From positions 15,264-79,263 of the forward strand of contig JAFDDG010000004.1 of the NCBI GenBank assembly GCA_019310965.1: 64,000 nucleotides of DNA, written 5' to 3'. Within the stretch, counting starts at the first letter, position 1. Each line of letters begins with the position of its first letter. This DNA comes from Deltaproteobacteria bacterium (GTDB lineage Bacteria; Myxococcota_A; UBA9160; SMWR01). The notes beneath the pieces are model-generated. The model was given only the letters and a program-made list of their open reading frames with translations, was not told where the DNA came from and searched no databases. Positions 1 to 8,647 of the stretch are shown here, one piece after another. The position numbers and the translations under genes were made by a program.

Positions 1-1
1 G

Positions 2-319
2 CTGGCCGATCCCTTGCCGGCCGAAGCCGCGCAGCAGGTGGCCGAACTGCGCCGGCGCATCGAGGCACAGGTGCGCTCGCTGGTGAGGCGCAGGGATCCG
101 AAGCGGGCCACCGGCCTCGTGGACGGGATTCTGACCGGCGCCGATGCGGCGACCTTCGTGAACACGCTGGCGAACGCCCTGGCCTTCTCTCCGCCCGAAA
201 AGCAGGGGCTCCTCGAAGCCGAGAACATCCCACAACGCTTCGAACGCCTGGAGGGATTGCTGGCGTTTCGGCTCGCAGAGGCCTGGCAGCCGACGAAGGG
301 CTCCCGCCAGCCGCATTGA
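2..319 (+). CDS. 3' part of a gene entering from the left edge; tail resembles stand-alone Lon N-terminal (substrate-binding) domain proteins
   Basis: The frame of the 14..319 ORF stays open back to nt 2 (LADPL...), with the stop at 317-319. The family call rests only on recollection of the helical tail ...EKQGLLEAENIPQRFERLEGLL. Confidence 0.35.
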   Translation: MADPLPAEAAQQVAELRRRIEAQVRSLVRRRDPKRATGLVDGILTGADAATFVNTLANALAFSPPEKQGLLEAENIPQRFERLEGLLAFRLAEAWQPTKGSRQPH

Positions 320-330
320 GGCGGCCGCGC

Positions 331-631
331 CACTGCCGAAAAATCTAGTGATATCCAGAAAATCGTCGTTTTACGTCGAAAAAGAGAGTTTTGATTCTCG
401 GTGTACGCTTCCCGACACACCCCAATCGATTTCGACGAACTCGCCTCAACCCTCGCGCCAAACTCCGCGAAAACGAATCGGCTTTCGACTTGCAAACAGC
501 GGTTCTTCGACGGGAATTGCAGATATTGCCAGGCTGCGCAAGACCCTTTTTCCGCCCGCAAGAGTGCCGCAGCCCAGCGTTGCCAGCGGTTCACGAACGT
601 GGTGTACTGCCGCCGCGTCGAATGATGATGG
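331..631 (+). promoter_or_regulatory. AT-rich dnaA upstream region; candidate dnaA promoter and/or DNA-unwinding element
   Basis: nt 341-400 count 21/60 G+C against about 44/60 in typical coding lines. There are five copies of the core TTCGAC/GTCGAA (375-381, 430-436, 483-489, 505-511, 617-623). Only one weak DnaA-box-like 9-mer is present (ATATCCAGA, 351-359). Confidence 0.3.
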
Positions 632-682
632 TTGGGTATTCGGCGTGAATTCGCCAAAAATTGCTGGGAATCGCGGAACGGC

Positions 683-2071
683 ATGCACCCCCCTACGCCG
701 TTCTGGGATGGTGTTCTGCGCCGTCTCGGACAAGACATCTCTGCCTTCACGCTGGACGCCTGGGTTGCGTGCCTCGGGGTCGAGGAGCGCCCAGAAGGGC
801 TGCTGCTGCGCTGCCCGACCCCCTTCCACCGGGACCGGGTCCGCGACCGCTATCTGAAGGCGATCCAGCTCCACGCCAACGAGGCCGCGGGCAAACCGAT
901 GAAGGTGGAGCTCGGTCTGGGTGCCGGGCGCGCGGTTGCGGCGCGCGACGTTGCGCCGCCGCGACCCAGCGCCCCGCCCTCGGTGGCGGCGCCGGCACCG
1001 GCCCAGGCCTCCACGCGGGACACGAAGCCCGCGGCATCGCGCGCCACGCTGCCCTTCAGCTTCGACGGCTTCGTGGTCGGGCGGGGCAACGCGCTGGCCC
1101 GCGAGGCCTGCCTGGCGCTCGCCCGCGACCGCCAGCCGGGCCTGAATCCGCTCTACCTGGCCGCGGCATCGGGGCTCGGCAAGACGCACCTGGCGCGGGC
1201 CACGGCCCGCGAGGCACACCATGGCCGCCGCGCGCGCGCCATCTACGAATCCGCCGAGACTTTCACCGGCCACTTCATGGCGGCGATTCGCGGCAAGACG
1301 ATGCCCGCCTTCAAGCGCCGCTACCGGGAACAGTGCGACCTGCTGGTGCTCGAGGACGTGCAGTTCCTGAGCTCGAAGAAGGCCACACAGCTCGAGCTCT
1401 TTCACACGCTGGTGCACCTCAGTGACGCCGGCGCCAGCGTTCTGCTCACCGGCGACCGCCTGCCGCGAGACATCGACGGACTGGACCCGCGGCTGCAGTC
1501 GCAGATCACCGCGGGTCTCGTGGCCGAGATCGAGCCGCCGGACGCCGCGGTGCGGCGACGCATCTTGCGCGCCAAGGCCGCAGCGGGCGGCGTGCACGTG
1601 CCCGAGGAGTGCCTGAACCTCCTGGTCGACGCCGTGCGTGGCAACGTGCGCGATCTCGAAGGGGCCTTGATCCAGCTGGTGGCTACCGCATCGCTGCTCA
1701 AGCGGTCGATCGATCGCGAGCTCACCCGAGCCGCACTCCACAAGCTCTCCCCGCTGCCGGACGCCGCACGCCCCCTCGACCCGCAGGCAGTGATCGAGAC
1801 CGTGGCGACGTTCTTCGGCACCACCCACGCGGCCATGGCCACCCGCTCGCGGCGGCGGGACGCACTGCTGCCGCGGCAGCTCGCCATGTACTTCTGCCGT
1901 CGCTACAGCGACGCGCCGCTGGCCGTGATCGCCCGCTGCTTCGACCGCGACCACCCCGCCGTCAGCAACGCCGTGAAGTCCATCGAACGCCGCATCCTCG
2001 AGCGCGCACCCCTGCGCTACCAGGTCGAGGAGCTCGCCAAGCGCTTGGACAAGCTTCGCGAACAGCGTTAG
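683..2071 (+). CDS. dnaA: Chromosomal replication initiator protein DnaA
   Basis: Walker A GLGKTHL, LVLEDVQFL (Walker B region) and RGNVRDLEGALIQL are present. The C-terminal DNA-binding domain reads RRRDALLPRQLAMYFCRRY...HPAVSNAVKSIERR. ATG 683 is preferred over TTG 632 because the N-terminus then starts MHPPTPFWDGVLRRL, as in other DnaA proteins. Confidence 0.93.
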   Translation: MHPPTPFWDGVLRRLGQDISAFTLDAWVACLGVEERPEGLLLRCPTPFHRDRVRDRYLKAIQLHANEAAGKPMKVELGLGAGRAVAARDVAPPRPSAPPSVAAPAPAQASTRDTKPAASRATLPFSFDGFVVGRGNALAREACLALARDRQPGLNPLYLAAASGLGKTHLARATAREAHHGRRARAIYESAETFTGHFMAAIRGKTMPAFKRRYREQCDLLVLEDVQFLSSKKATQLELFHTLVHLSDAGASVLLTGDRLPRDIDGLDPRLQSQITAGLVAEIEPPDAAVRRRILRAKAAAGGVHVPEECLNLLVDAVRGNVRDLEGALIQLVATASLLKRSIDRELTRAALHKLSPLPDAARPLDPQAVIETVATFFGTTHAAMATRSRRRDALLPRQLAMYFCRRYSDAPLAVIARCFDRDHPAVSNAVKSIERRILERAPLRYQVEELAKRLDKLREQR

Positions 2072-2685
2072 CGGGAAGCGAGAGCAGCCAGCTCGCGATC
2101 GTGCCGACCGACCAGCACCAGCTGTGCCAGGAGCGCGCCGCACAGCGCCAGGAACATGTCCCACTGCGTATCCCAGACGTCGCCTTGTGTTCCCAGGAAT
2201 GCGTCGGAGGCCTCTCCGGCGGCGACCGCCGTCCACCACTCGATCAGCTCGTAGAATGCACTGAACGAGAGGCAGGCGGCGAGCACCAGATAGAAGAGCC
2301 AACCACCGCGCTCGAGCGGCGTCAGCCGCAGCAGCAATTCGCGGGCGAGAATGGCCGGCACGAAGCCCTGCACGAAATGCCCGAGCCGGTCGTAGTGATT
2401 GCGAGAGAGATCGAGAGCATCCTGAAACCAGAAGCCGAGCGGCACCTCTGCGTAGGTGTAGTGCCCGCCGAGAATCAACACGAGCGCATGCAGGAAGGCG
2501 AGCCGATAGAGGAGCGGCGTCAGTGGGAAGCGCGCATGGGTCGCGATGAGGAGCGGCACGGCGACCAACACCGGCGCCACCTCGAGCCACCACGTGGGGC
2601 GGTCCCTGGGCGCGATGCCGGAGACCAGGAGCGCCAACGCCGTCAGGCCGAGTAGCGTCGCCAGCTCGCGAGGGTGCGCGCTCAA
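2068..2685 (-). CDS. DUF2238 (YjdF-like) integral membrane protein
   Basis: C-terminal part of the 2068..3963 frame. Motifs GGHYTYAEVPLG, RNHYDRLGHFVQGFVP and FLGTQGDVWDTQWDM. The start is inferred as TTG 2685, overlapping the cofH stop (TTGA). Confidence 0.7.
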   Translation of the reverse strand: MSAHPRELATLLGLTALALLVSGIAPRDRPTWWLEVAPVLVAVPLLIATHARFPLTPLLYRLAFLHALVLILGGHYTYAEVPLGFWFQDALDLSRNHYDRLGHFVQGFVPAILARELLLRLTPLERGGWLFYLVLAACLSFSAFYELIEWWTAVAAGEASDAFLGTQGDVWDTQWDMFLALCGALLAQLVLVGRHDRELAALASR

Positions 2686-3917
2686 GAGTTGGCGGCCGGG
2701 ACCTTCTTGTTGGCGAGACGCTGGCGGGCGGGGCCCGAGAGCTGCGGCTCGATCTTTGGCTCGAGAGACGGCGGATCGTCGATCGGGTCGTCGAAGCGGC
2801 GCAGAATGCCGTACTCGGTGCTGCGCTCGACGGGCGTGCGGCCGATCTCTCGGATCAGGCGACGCATCTCTTCCTGGGGAAGATTCTCGCCGTGGTCGGA
2901 GCCTGACTCGCGACTGATCGACTCTTCCATCAGCGTGCCACCGAAGTCGTTGGCGCCGCTCATCAGGGCGATCTGCGACAGCTTGCGGCCCAGCTTCACC
3001 CAGGAAACCTGGATGTTCTGGATCCCGGGGCGCAGGAAGAGCCGTGCCACCGCGATGAGGCGCAGATCTTCCGGCGCCGACGAGCCGGGACGCGCGTGCA
3101 TATGGTTGAAGAGCGTGTTGCGCTCGTGGATGAAACCGAGCGGAACGAACTCGGTGAAGCCGCCGGTCTCCTGCTGGATATCGCGCAACAGGCCCAGGTG
3201 ATTCGCCACATGGCGCTGGGTCTCCAGATGCCCGTACATGAGCGTCGAGGTCGAACGCAGGCCGATACCGTGAGCCGCCTTCACGATCTCTACCCAACGA
3301 GCGGTGTCGAGCTTGCGCGGCGCCAACACCCTGCGCAACTCGTCGTCGAGAATCTCGGCCGCGGTGCCGGGCATGCTTCCGAGCCCTGCGTCGACGAGCC
3401 AGCGCAGATAGTCCGACAACTCCATGCCGCTCTTCTTGTGGCCGAAGTCGATCTCCTCCGGTGAGAAGGCGTGAATGTGCAGATCCGGGAACTCTCCCTT
3501 GATCGCCTCGAGAATCTCCCGGTAGTGGGTGTGATCCTTGTTCGGGTGTATGCCACCCTGGATGCAGACCTCCGTGGCGCCGCGCGCAACCGCGTCCTTG
3601 GCCTTGACGAGCAGCGCCTCCATCGGATGGTCGTAGGCGTCCTCCTCGTCTTTGTGACGCGAGAAGCCGCAGAAGGTGCAGCCCACATAACAGATGTTGG
3701 TAAAATTGATGTTGCGACACACCACGAAGCTGACGTCGTCGCCCTTGTCTTCGGCACGCGCCACGTCGGCGGCACGCTGCAACGCTTGAAGTTCCGCACC
3801 TTCGGTGCCGAGCAGGAGCTCTGCATCGTCCACCGAAAGCTCGCGGCCAGAAAGCGCCGCATCCAGAATGCGCGCAACTTCGGGGCGCAACTCCCCGAAC
3901 AAACGATCGAGGCTCAC
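2682..3917 (-). CDS. cofH: FO synthase subunit 2 (7,8-didemethyl-8-hydroxy-5-deazariboflavin synthase CofH), radical SAM
   Basis: NINFTNICYVGCTFCGF radical-SAM CxxxCxxC context, then GGIHP...STLMYGH. Its GTG start overlaps the cofG stop (GTGA). MqnC/MqnE are homologous, but pairing with cofG favours CofH. Confidence 0.8.
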   Translation of the reverse strand: MSLDRLFGELRPEVARILDAALSGRELSVDDAELLLGTEGAELQALQRAADVARAEDKGDDVSFVVCRNINFTNICYVGCTFCGFSRHKDEEDAYDHPMEALLVKAKDAVARGATEVCIQGGIHPNKDHTHYREILEAIKGEFPDLHIHAFSPEEIDFGHKKSGMELSDYLRWLVDAGLGSMPGTAAEILDDELRRVLAPRKLDTARWVEIVKAAHGIGLRSTSTLMYGHLETQRHVANHLGLLRDIQQETGGFTEFVPLGFIHERNTLFNHMHARPGSSAPEDLRLIAVARLFLRPGIQNIQVSWVKLGRKLSQIALMSGANDFGGTLMEESISRESGSDHGENLPQEEMRRLIREIGRTPVERSTEYGILRRFDDPIDDPPSLEPKIEPQLSGPARQRLANKKVPAANS

Positions 3918-5173
3918 GCTGCCCTCCCTTTCTCAGCCACTGGCTTTGCCCAGCCGTCGGCATCTGCCAGACCCAGAGTGGCTTCCAGCACCTGCGGATG
4001 AAAGAACTTTGGCTGGGCCAGGTGCTCCGGATACGCCGGCAGCCGTTCCACGAGCTTCTGCCCCGCCGCTTCGGTCCGGTCGCGCAGCTCGCGCAGCTCG
4101 GGCCAGGGTGCCTCGGGGTTGATGAAGTCGACCGTCACCGGCGACACGCCGCCCCAGTCGTTGAGGCCGCTGCGCAGCAGCAGCTCGAGCACCTCCGGTG
4201 CGAGGTTCGGCGGCGCCTGCACATTGGCGCCCGGACCCATCACCAGGCGCGCCAGCGCCACCCAGCCGGCGATCTCCGCGTCATCGAGCGGATCGACGAA
4301 CTGCATCGGCGTGCCCAGCTTGGGATGAAAGGGCTGCACGATCACTTCCTGGATGTGGCCGTAGGCGTCGGCGACCTCGCGAATCGCGTACAGCGTATCC
4401 ACGCGTTCGGCGGCGTTCTCGCCAATCCCGAGCAGCAGCCCACTCGTGAACGGGATCGCGAGCTCTCCTGCCTCGCGGTGCATGCGCAGCCGCACTTCCG
4501 GTTCCTTGTCGGGCGCCACGTAGTGAGCCATGCCCCGGCGGCGCAGGCGCGTGCTGGTGGTTTCGAGCATCAGTCCCATCGACACATTCCAGCGCTTGAG
4601 CGCCTGCATCTGCTCGACAGTCAGGATGCCGGCATTGCTGTGCGGCAGCATGCCGAGCTCGAATGCCACGCGGCAGGCCTCCACCAGGTATTCGGAAGTG
4701 GCGGTCAGCCCCTGGGTGGTCAGCCAATCGCGATGGCTCTTGTAGGCCTTCTCCGGCTTGTCGCCGAGGCAGAAGAGCGCCTCGACACAGCCCGCCCGCC
4801 TGGCGCCGCGCACCGCGTCGGCCACCTCTTCGAGCGTGTAGGTCTTGGCAGCCGGATCATCGGGCTGCTTGGCGAAGGTGCAGTAGCCACAGCGATCGCG
4901 ACACAGATTGGTGAGCGGCAGGAAGACGTTCCTCGAGACGCTGACGACGTCTCCCTTGCCGCGGCGCTTGCTCTCGAAGGCACCCTCGAGCACCGCCTCG
5001 CGGACCAGCGGGTCGTACAGCTGCGCACCCAGGCGATCACCGGCGACGCGTTCTAGGACGCCGCTCTCGACCGCCTCCTTCACGAGGGACTCCGCCTCGA
5101 TTCGCGAAAGAATGGGCTGTTGGGAGGACGGGCTCACGGATCCCCTGGGGAAGGCGTTGCGGAAGGGTACCAT
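3914..5173 (-). CDS. cofG: FO synthase subunit 1 (CofG), radical SAM
   Basis: VFLPLTNLCRDRCGYCTFAK motif, about 419 aa, translationally coupled to cofH. Confidence 0.8.
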   Translation of the reverse strand: MVPFRNAFPRGSVSPSSQQPILSRIEAESLVKEAVESGVLERVAGDRLGAQLYDPLVREAVLEGAFESKRRGKGDVVSVSRNVFLPLTNLCRDRCGYCTFAKQPDDPAAKTYTLEEVADAVRGARRAGCVEALFCLGDKPEKAYKSHRDWLTTQGLTATSEYLVEACRVAFELGMLPHSNAGILTVEQMQALKRWNVSMGLMLETTSTRLRRRGMAHYVAPDKEPEVRLRMHREAGELAIPFTSGLLLGIGENAAERVDTLYAIREVADAYGHIQEVIVQPFHPKLGTPMQFVDPLDDAEIAGWVALARLVMGPGANVQAPPNLAPEVLELLLRSGLNDWGGVSPVTVDFINPEAPWPELRELRDRTEAAGQKLVERLPAYPEHLAQPKFFHPQVLEATLGLADADGWAKPVAEKGRAA

Positions 5174-5185
5174 GCCCGACCCGGC

Positions 5186-6922
5186 TCACGCCTCGCCGAC
5201 ACCGACCCACTCGCGCAGCTGTGCGGGGTCCGTACGGTGCAGGAACTCGCCGGCGGGTAGACCCTCCGGATTGCGCTCCTCGACGGCGCGCAGAATGCCG
5301 CACAGCGCCTCTGGCATCCGCTCGCCCGGAAGCCTCTGGAACAGCGTGTGCGCCAGCCGCGAGCCCTCCCGCGAGCCTCCCACCAGGATCACGTGGTCGT
5401 TCTTGCCGTAGCCGTAGATGCCGATCTCCGACGAGGGCGGCCGCGCACAGTTGTTCGGACAGCCGGTCATGCGGATCACCACGTCGACATCGCCGAGGCC
5501 GGCGGCTTCGATGGCATCGCAGTACCGGGGCAGGATCCTCTCGGCCTCGGTCATGGCGAGGGCGCAGGTGGGCTTGGCCGGGCAGGCCATCGCGTTGCGA
5601 CGCACCAGCGAGATCGCTTCCGGCGGCTTTACACCACCCTCGGCGAGGATCCGCTCGAGCGCATCGCGGTCGCCCACGTCGCAGAGCAGCAGGTCCTGTT
5701 GCGGGGTGATCCGCACCGTGAGGTCGAGCTCCGTCACGGCCTTCAGCACCACCTTGCGCAGCTTCGGGCCCATGCGCCCACTCTGCACCGAGATGCCGTA
5801 CCAGCCGCGCCCACCGCGCTGCTCGTGCCAACCCAGGTGCAGCTGCATGGGCGGCAGCGGTGTGGGCTCCACTTCCTCGAGCTCGATGGCGAAGCGCGTC
5901 TTGAGCTGCTCCTTCACGAACGGAACGCCGAGTCGGCGCAAGGTGTACTTCCAGCGCGCCGCCCTGCGGTCCTTGCGCTCGCCGTTCTCCTTCTGGAGCA
6001 ACACGAGGCTCCGGGTCGCTTCGACCACCTGCTCGCGGCGCACGCGGCCGAGGTAGAGGCCGAGGAGCGCCGCAGTCGCCGGGTTGTTGTGGCTGAGCCC
6101 AAGCCCGCCACCGGAGTAGAGGTCCCAGGCAGAGCCGTCGCTAGAAGCCGGCACGAAGCCCACGTCCTGGGTCAACACGTCCACCGAATTGTCCGTCGGG
6201 TGGGCGATACCCACCTTGAACTTGCGCGGCAGGTACTGCGGACCGTAGAGCGGCTCCTCGGGACTCCGCGGTCCCCGGTTCCTTCCTTCCTCGTCGGAGA
6301 GGAAGATCTGGAAGTAGGCCGAGGTGCGCGGAGCCAGCTCCTGGGCGATGGCCTCGGCCAGCTCGGAGCCGCCGACCTCGTGCTCGGGGTCGAGCTGATC
6401 GATGGGCGATCCCATCACGTTGCGGCTCACGTCGCCGCAGGCGCCGAGGGTGGCGTGATCGCGATAGCCGCGATTCAGGTGGCGCACCAGCGGCGCGAGC
6501 TTCGGAGCGTAGACGTGATGATACTGGACGCCCTGCCGCGAGGTGATGCGAATCGTGCCATCCGCGAACTCGTCCGCCGCCGCATCGAGGGCGGCCCACT
6601 GCGCTTTGTTCAGCGCACCGCCACCCGGGTTGCGGATACGCACCATGAAGAAGTGTTCAGCCGTCTTGCGCCCGCGCTCCCCGCGCCCCTGCTGCCGGTA
6701 GATGCCGAAGAATTTCGAGAGCTCCTTGGCGTCGTTTCCGATGGTGACGTTGGCGCCGCTGTCGAGCTCGTTCACCTCATCGAGAAAGGTGCGCACCTCG
6801 CCGCTCGCCGACACGAAGAAGAGCCCCTGGCTCTCGAGCTTCAGCCGTTCGTTCTTGGACATCTGTGCTGCATCGGCATTGGCGAGGTTCACGGCCTCGG
6901 CAGCGGGCTGAAAATCGGGCAC
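5186..6922 (-). CDS. Siroheme/[4Fe-4S] sulfite reductase hemoprotein (CysI/Sir-like; a nitrite reductase is not excluded)
   Basis: Cys motifs MACPAKPTCALAMTEAERILP and MTGCPNNCARP match the CysI cluster/siroheme ligands. N-terminal NERLKLESQGLF is present. The start is uncertain: GTG 6922 follows AGGAGAGGAC, ATG 6862 and ATG 6997 are also in frame, and the 6997 extension is Arg/Pro/Gly-rich. Confidence 0.8.
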   Translation of the reverse strand: MPDFQPAAEAVNLANADAAQMSKNERLKLESQGLFFVSASGEVRTFLDEVNELDSGANVTIGNDAKELSKFFGIYRQQGRGERGRKTAEHFFMVRIRNPGGGALNKAQWAALDAAADEFADGTIRITSRQGVQYHHVYAPKLAPLVRHLNRGYRDHATLGACGDVSRNVMGSPIDQLDPEHEVGGSELAEAIAQELAPRTSAYFQIFLSDEEGRNRGPRSPEEPLYGPQYLPRKFKVGIAHPTDNSVDVLTQDVGFVPASSDGSAWDLYSGGGLGLSHNNPATAALLGLYLGRVRREQVVEATRSLVLLQKENGERKDRRAARWKYTLRRLGVPFVKEQLKTRFAIELEEVEPTPLPPMQLHLGWHEQRGGRGWYGISVQSGRMGPKLRKVVLKAVTELDLTVRITPQQDLLLCDVGDRDALERILAEGGVKPPEAISLVRRNAMACPAKPTCALAMTEAERILPRYCDAIEAAGLGDVDVVIRMTGCPNNCARPPSSEIGIYGYGKNDHVILVGGSREGSRLAHTLFQRLPGERMPEALCGILRAVEERNPEGLPAGEFLHRTDPAQLREWVGVGEA

Positions 6923-7017
6923 GTCCTCTCCTCTGGCGAGCTGGCCCCGGGGGCCAGGGAGCCGAGCAGGATAGCGCCCCCTGGATAGAGGCTCCATTTC
7001 GGCGACGGTGGATGGGC

Positions 7018-7383
7018 TCAGAGGGATTCGCGGGTCCGGCGCACACGCACGCCGGCGTGCTGGAGCACTCCGGCGATGGGGGTGGGCTTGCGCACCGTCA
7101 CGGTGATGGCGTCCGCCTCGAACTTCTCGAGCACCGCCTTGGCGATGCGGTGGGCCAGGGCCTCCACCAGCTTGTGCTCCTGGTGCGAGGCCACGTCTTC
7201 CACCACCTCGAAGATGTGCTTGTAATGAAGCGTGTCGCCGATGCGGTCCGTACAGCCGGCCCGGGCCAGGTCGGCCTCGATTTCGAGGTCGAGCTGCACC
7301 GGTCTCCGCTGGCGGCGCTCAGCGGCGGTCACGCCGAGCGCGGCGGGCACCTGGATTCCCTGGAGCAAGATCACATCGGGCAT
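7018..7383 (-). CDS. folB: Dihydroneopterin aldolase
   Basis: 121 aa. Reads ILLQGIQVPAALGVTAAERRQRRPVQLDLEIE...TLHYKHIFEVVEDV, typical of the FolB tunnel fold. Confidence 0.75.
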   Translation of the reverse strand: MPDVILLQGIQVPAALGVTAAERRQRRPVQLDLEIEADLARAGCTDRIGDTLHYKHIFEVVEDVASHQEHKLVEALAHRIAKAVLEKFEADAITVTVRKPTPIAGVLQHAGVRVRRTRESL

Positions 7384-7460
7384 GGGGGGGCCTCCGGAAG
7401 GGAACGTTAGCTCTCCGCGCTAGAGTGGTGAACCCGCGCAGCCCGACAGCAGGAGACAGC

Positions 7461-8642
7461 ATGAAGCTCGAAGACGCCCGGAACACCGAGCAGAAGCACT
7501 TCATCCCGGTGGTCAAGCGGCACCCGGCCGTGATCGTCGAGGGCCGCGGCGCGCGCCTGCGAGACGCCGACGGCCGCGAGTACCTCGACCTGATGGCCGG
7601 CTGGGGGGTGTGCTGCCTGGGCCACTCGCACCCGGAGCTCGTGCGGGCGATCTCCGAGCAGGCGGGCAAGCTGATGCAGACGACCAACATTTTCTACAGC
7701 CTGCCGCAGCTCGAGCTGCTCGAACGCTTGTCGGACCTCTCGAACGGCGCGCTGCCGCACTCGTTTCTGGTGAACTCCGGCACCGAAGCGATGGATGGCG
7801 TCGTGAAGCTCGCGCACCGGGCGACCGGGCGCCGCCGCTACGTGTCGACCCACAACTCGTTTCACGGCCGTTCGCTGGGCGCGCTGCGCCTGATCGGACA
7901 GGCCAAGCACCGCGAGCCCTACGCCGCGCTGCTTCCCGAGAGCGACATCGTGCCGTTCGATGACCTCGACGCCGCGGCCAGGGCGGTGACCCGCGACGTG
8001 GCCGCATTCGTCGTCGAGCCCATCCAGGGCGAAGGCGGCGTGAACGTGCCGACAGACGGCTACCTGGCCGGTCTGCGCGAGATCTGCGACGCCAGCGGCA
8101 CGCTGCTGGTCTTCGACGAGATCCAGACGGGCATCGGCCGCTGCGGCACGCCGCTCGGCTATCAGCACGAGGCCGTGCAGCCGGACATCGCGACCCTCGG
8201 CAAGGGTCTCGGCGGCGGCTTCCCAGTGGCCGCCTTTCTCTGCACCGACGCGGTGGCCGAGACCGTGCAGATCGGCGATCACGGCACGACCTACGGCGGC
8301 AATCCGCTGGCTGCGGCCGCGGCCAACACGGTGCTGCGCATCCTCGCACAGGAGAGACTCGACCAACGCGCGGCCGAACTCGGTGCAAAGCTCCAGGGAC
8401 GCCTGCGCGATTTCCAGACCCGACACACGGATCTCGTCGAGACGGTGCGCGGACGCGGACTGCTCCAGGGCCTGGTCTTGCGCCAGGCCGACAAGGCCGC
8501 GGAGCTGCCGGCACGTGCACTCGCCGACGGCGTGGTCGTGAACGTCACCGCCGGACGTGTGGTGCGCTTCTTCCCGGCCCTCAACATCCCAGAAGACGAC
8601 CTCTTCGAGGGCGTCGACCGGGTGCTGGCCCTGCTCGGCTGA
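7461..8642 (+). CDS. argD: Class-III PLP aminotransferase, acetylornithine aminotransferase-like
   Basis: AGGAGA RBS 5 nt before ATG 7461. Motifs GHSHPELV, DEIQTGIGRCG and ATLGKGLGGGFP (PLP lysine). Confidence 0.75.
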   Translation: MKLEDARNTEQKHFIPVVKRHPAVIVEGRGARLRDADGREYLDLMAGWGVCCLGHSHPELVRAISEQAGKLMQTTNIFYSLPQLELLERLSDLSNGALPHSFLVNSGTEAMDGVVKLAHRATGRRRYVSTHNSFHGRSLGALRLIGQAKHREPYAALLPESDIVPFDDLDAAARAVTRDVAAFVVEPIQGEGGVNVPTDGYLAGLREICDASGTLLVFDEIQTGIGRCGTPLGYQHEAVQPDIATLGKGLGGGFPVAAFLCTDAVAETVQIGDHGTTYGGNPLAAAAANTVLRILAQERLDQRAAELGAKLQGRLRDFQTRHTDLVETVRGRGLLQGLVLRQADKAAELPARALADGVVVNVTAGRVVRFFPALNIPEDDLFEGVDRVLALLG

Positions 8643-8647
8643 AAGCC

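Noticed and set aside
351-359. Possible DnaA box ATATCCAGA in the dnaA upstream region.
   Set aside because: It has two mismatches to TTATCCACA and is the only such site I could find. That is insufficient to call an oriC, so the region is reported only as a candidate regulatory/AT-rich element.
2068-2071. The stop codons of convergent dnaA (TAG 2069-2071) and the DUF2238 gene (TAA on the minus strand, 2068-2070) overlap, leaving no room for terminators.
   Set aside because: This is real in the sequence, but such convergent overlaps are common in compact high-GC genomes. I see no further signal to interpret.
446-2593. Very long antisense or out-of-frame ORFs in the track. Examples: 446..2593 minus opposite dnaA, 7407..8810 minus opposite argD, 22276..24687 plus opposite the RND pump, 48517..50466 plus opposite glcDE, and 50780..53062 plus.
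   Set aside because: They are typical high-GC shadow ORFs. The translations are Arg/Ala/Pro/Gly-rich low-complexity strings without motifs. Each lies opposite a frame that carries clear family signatures.
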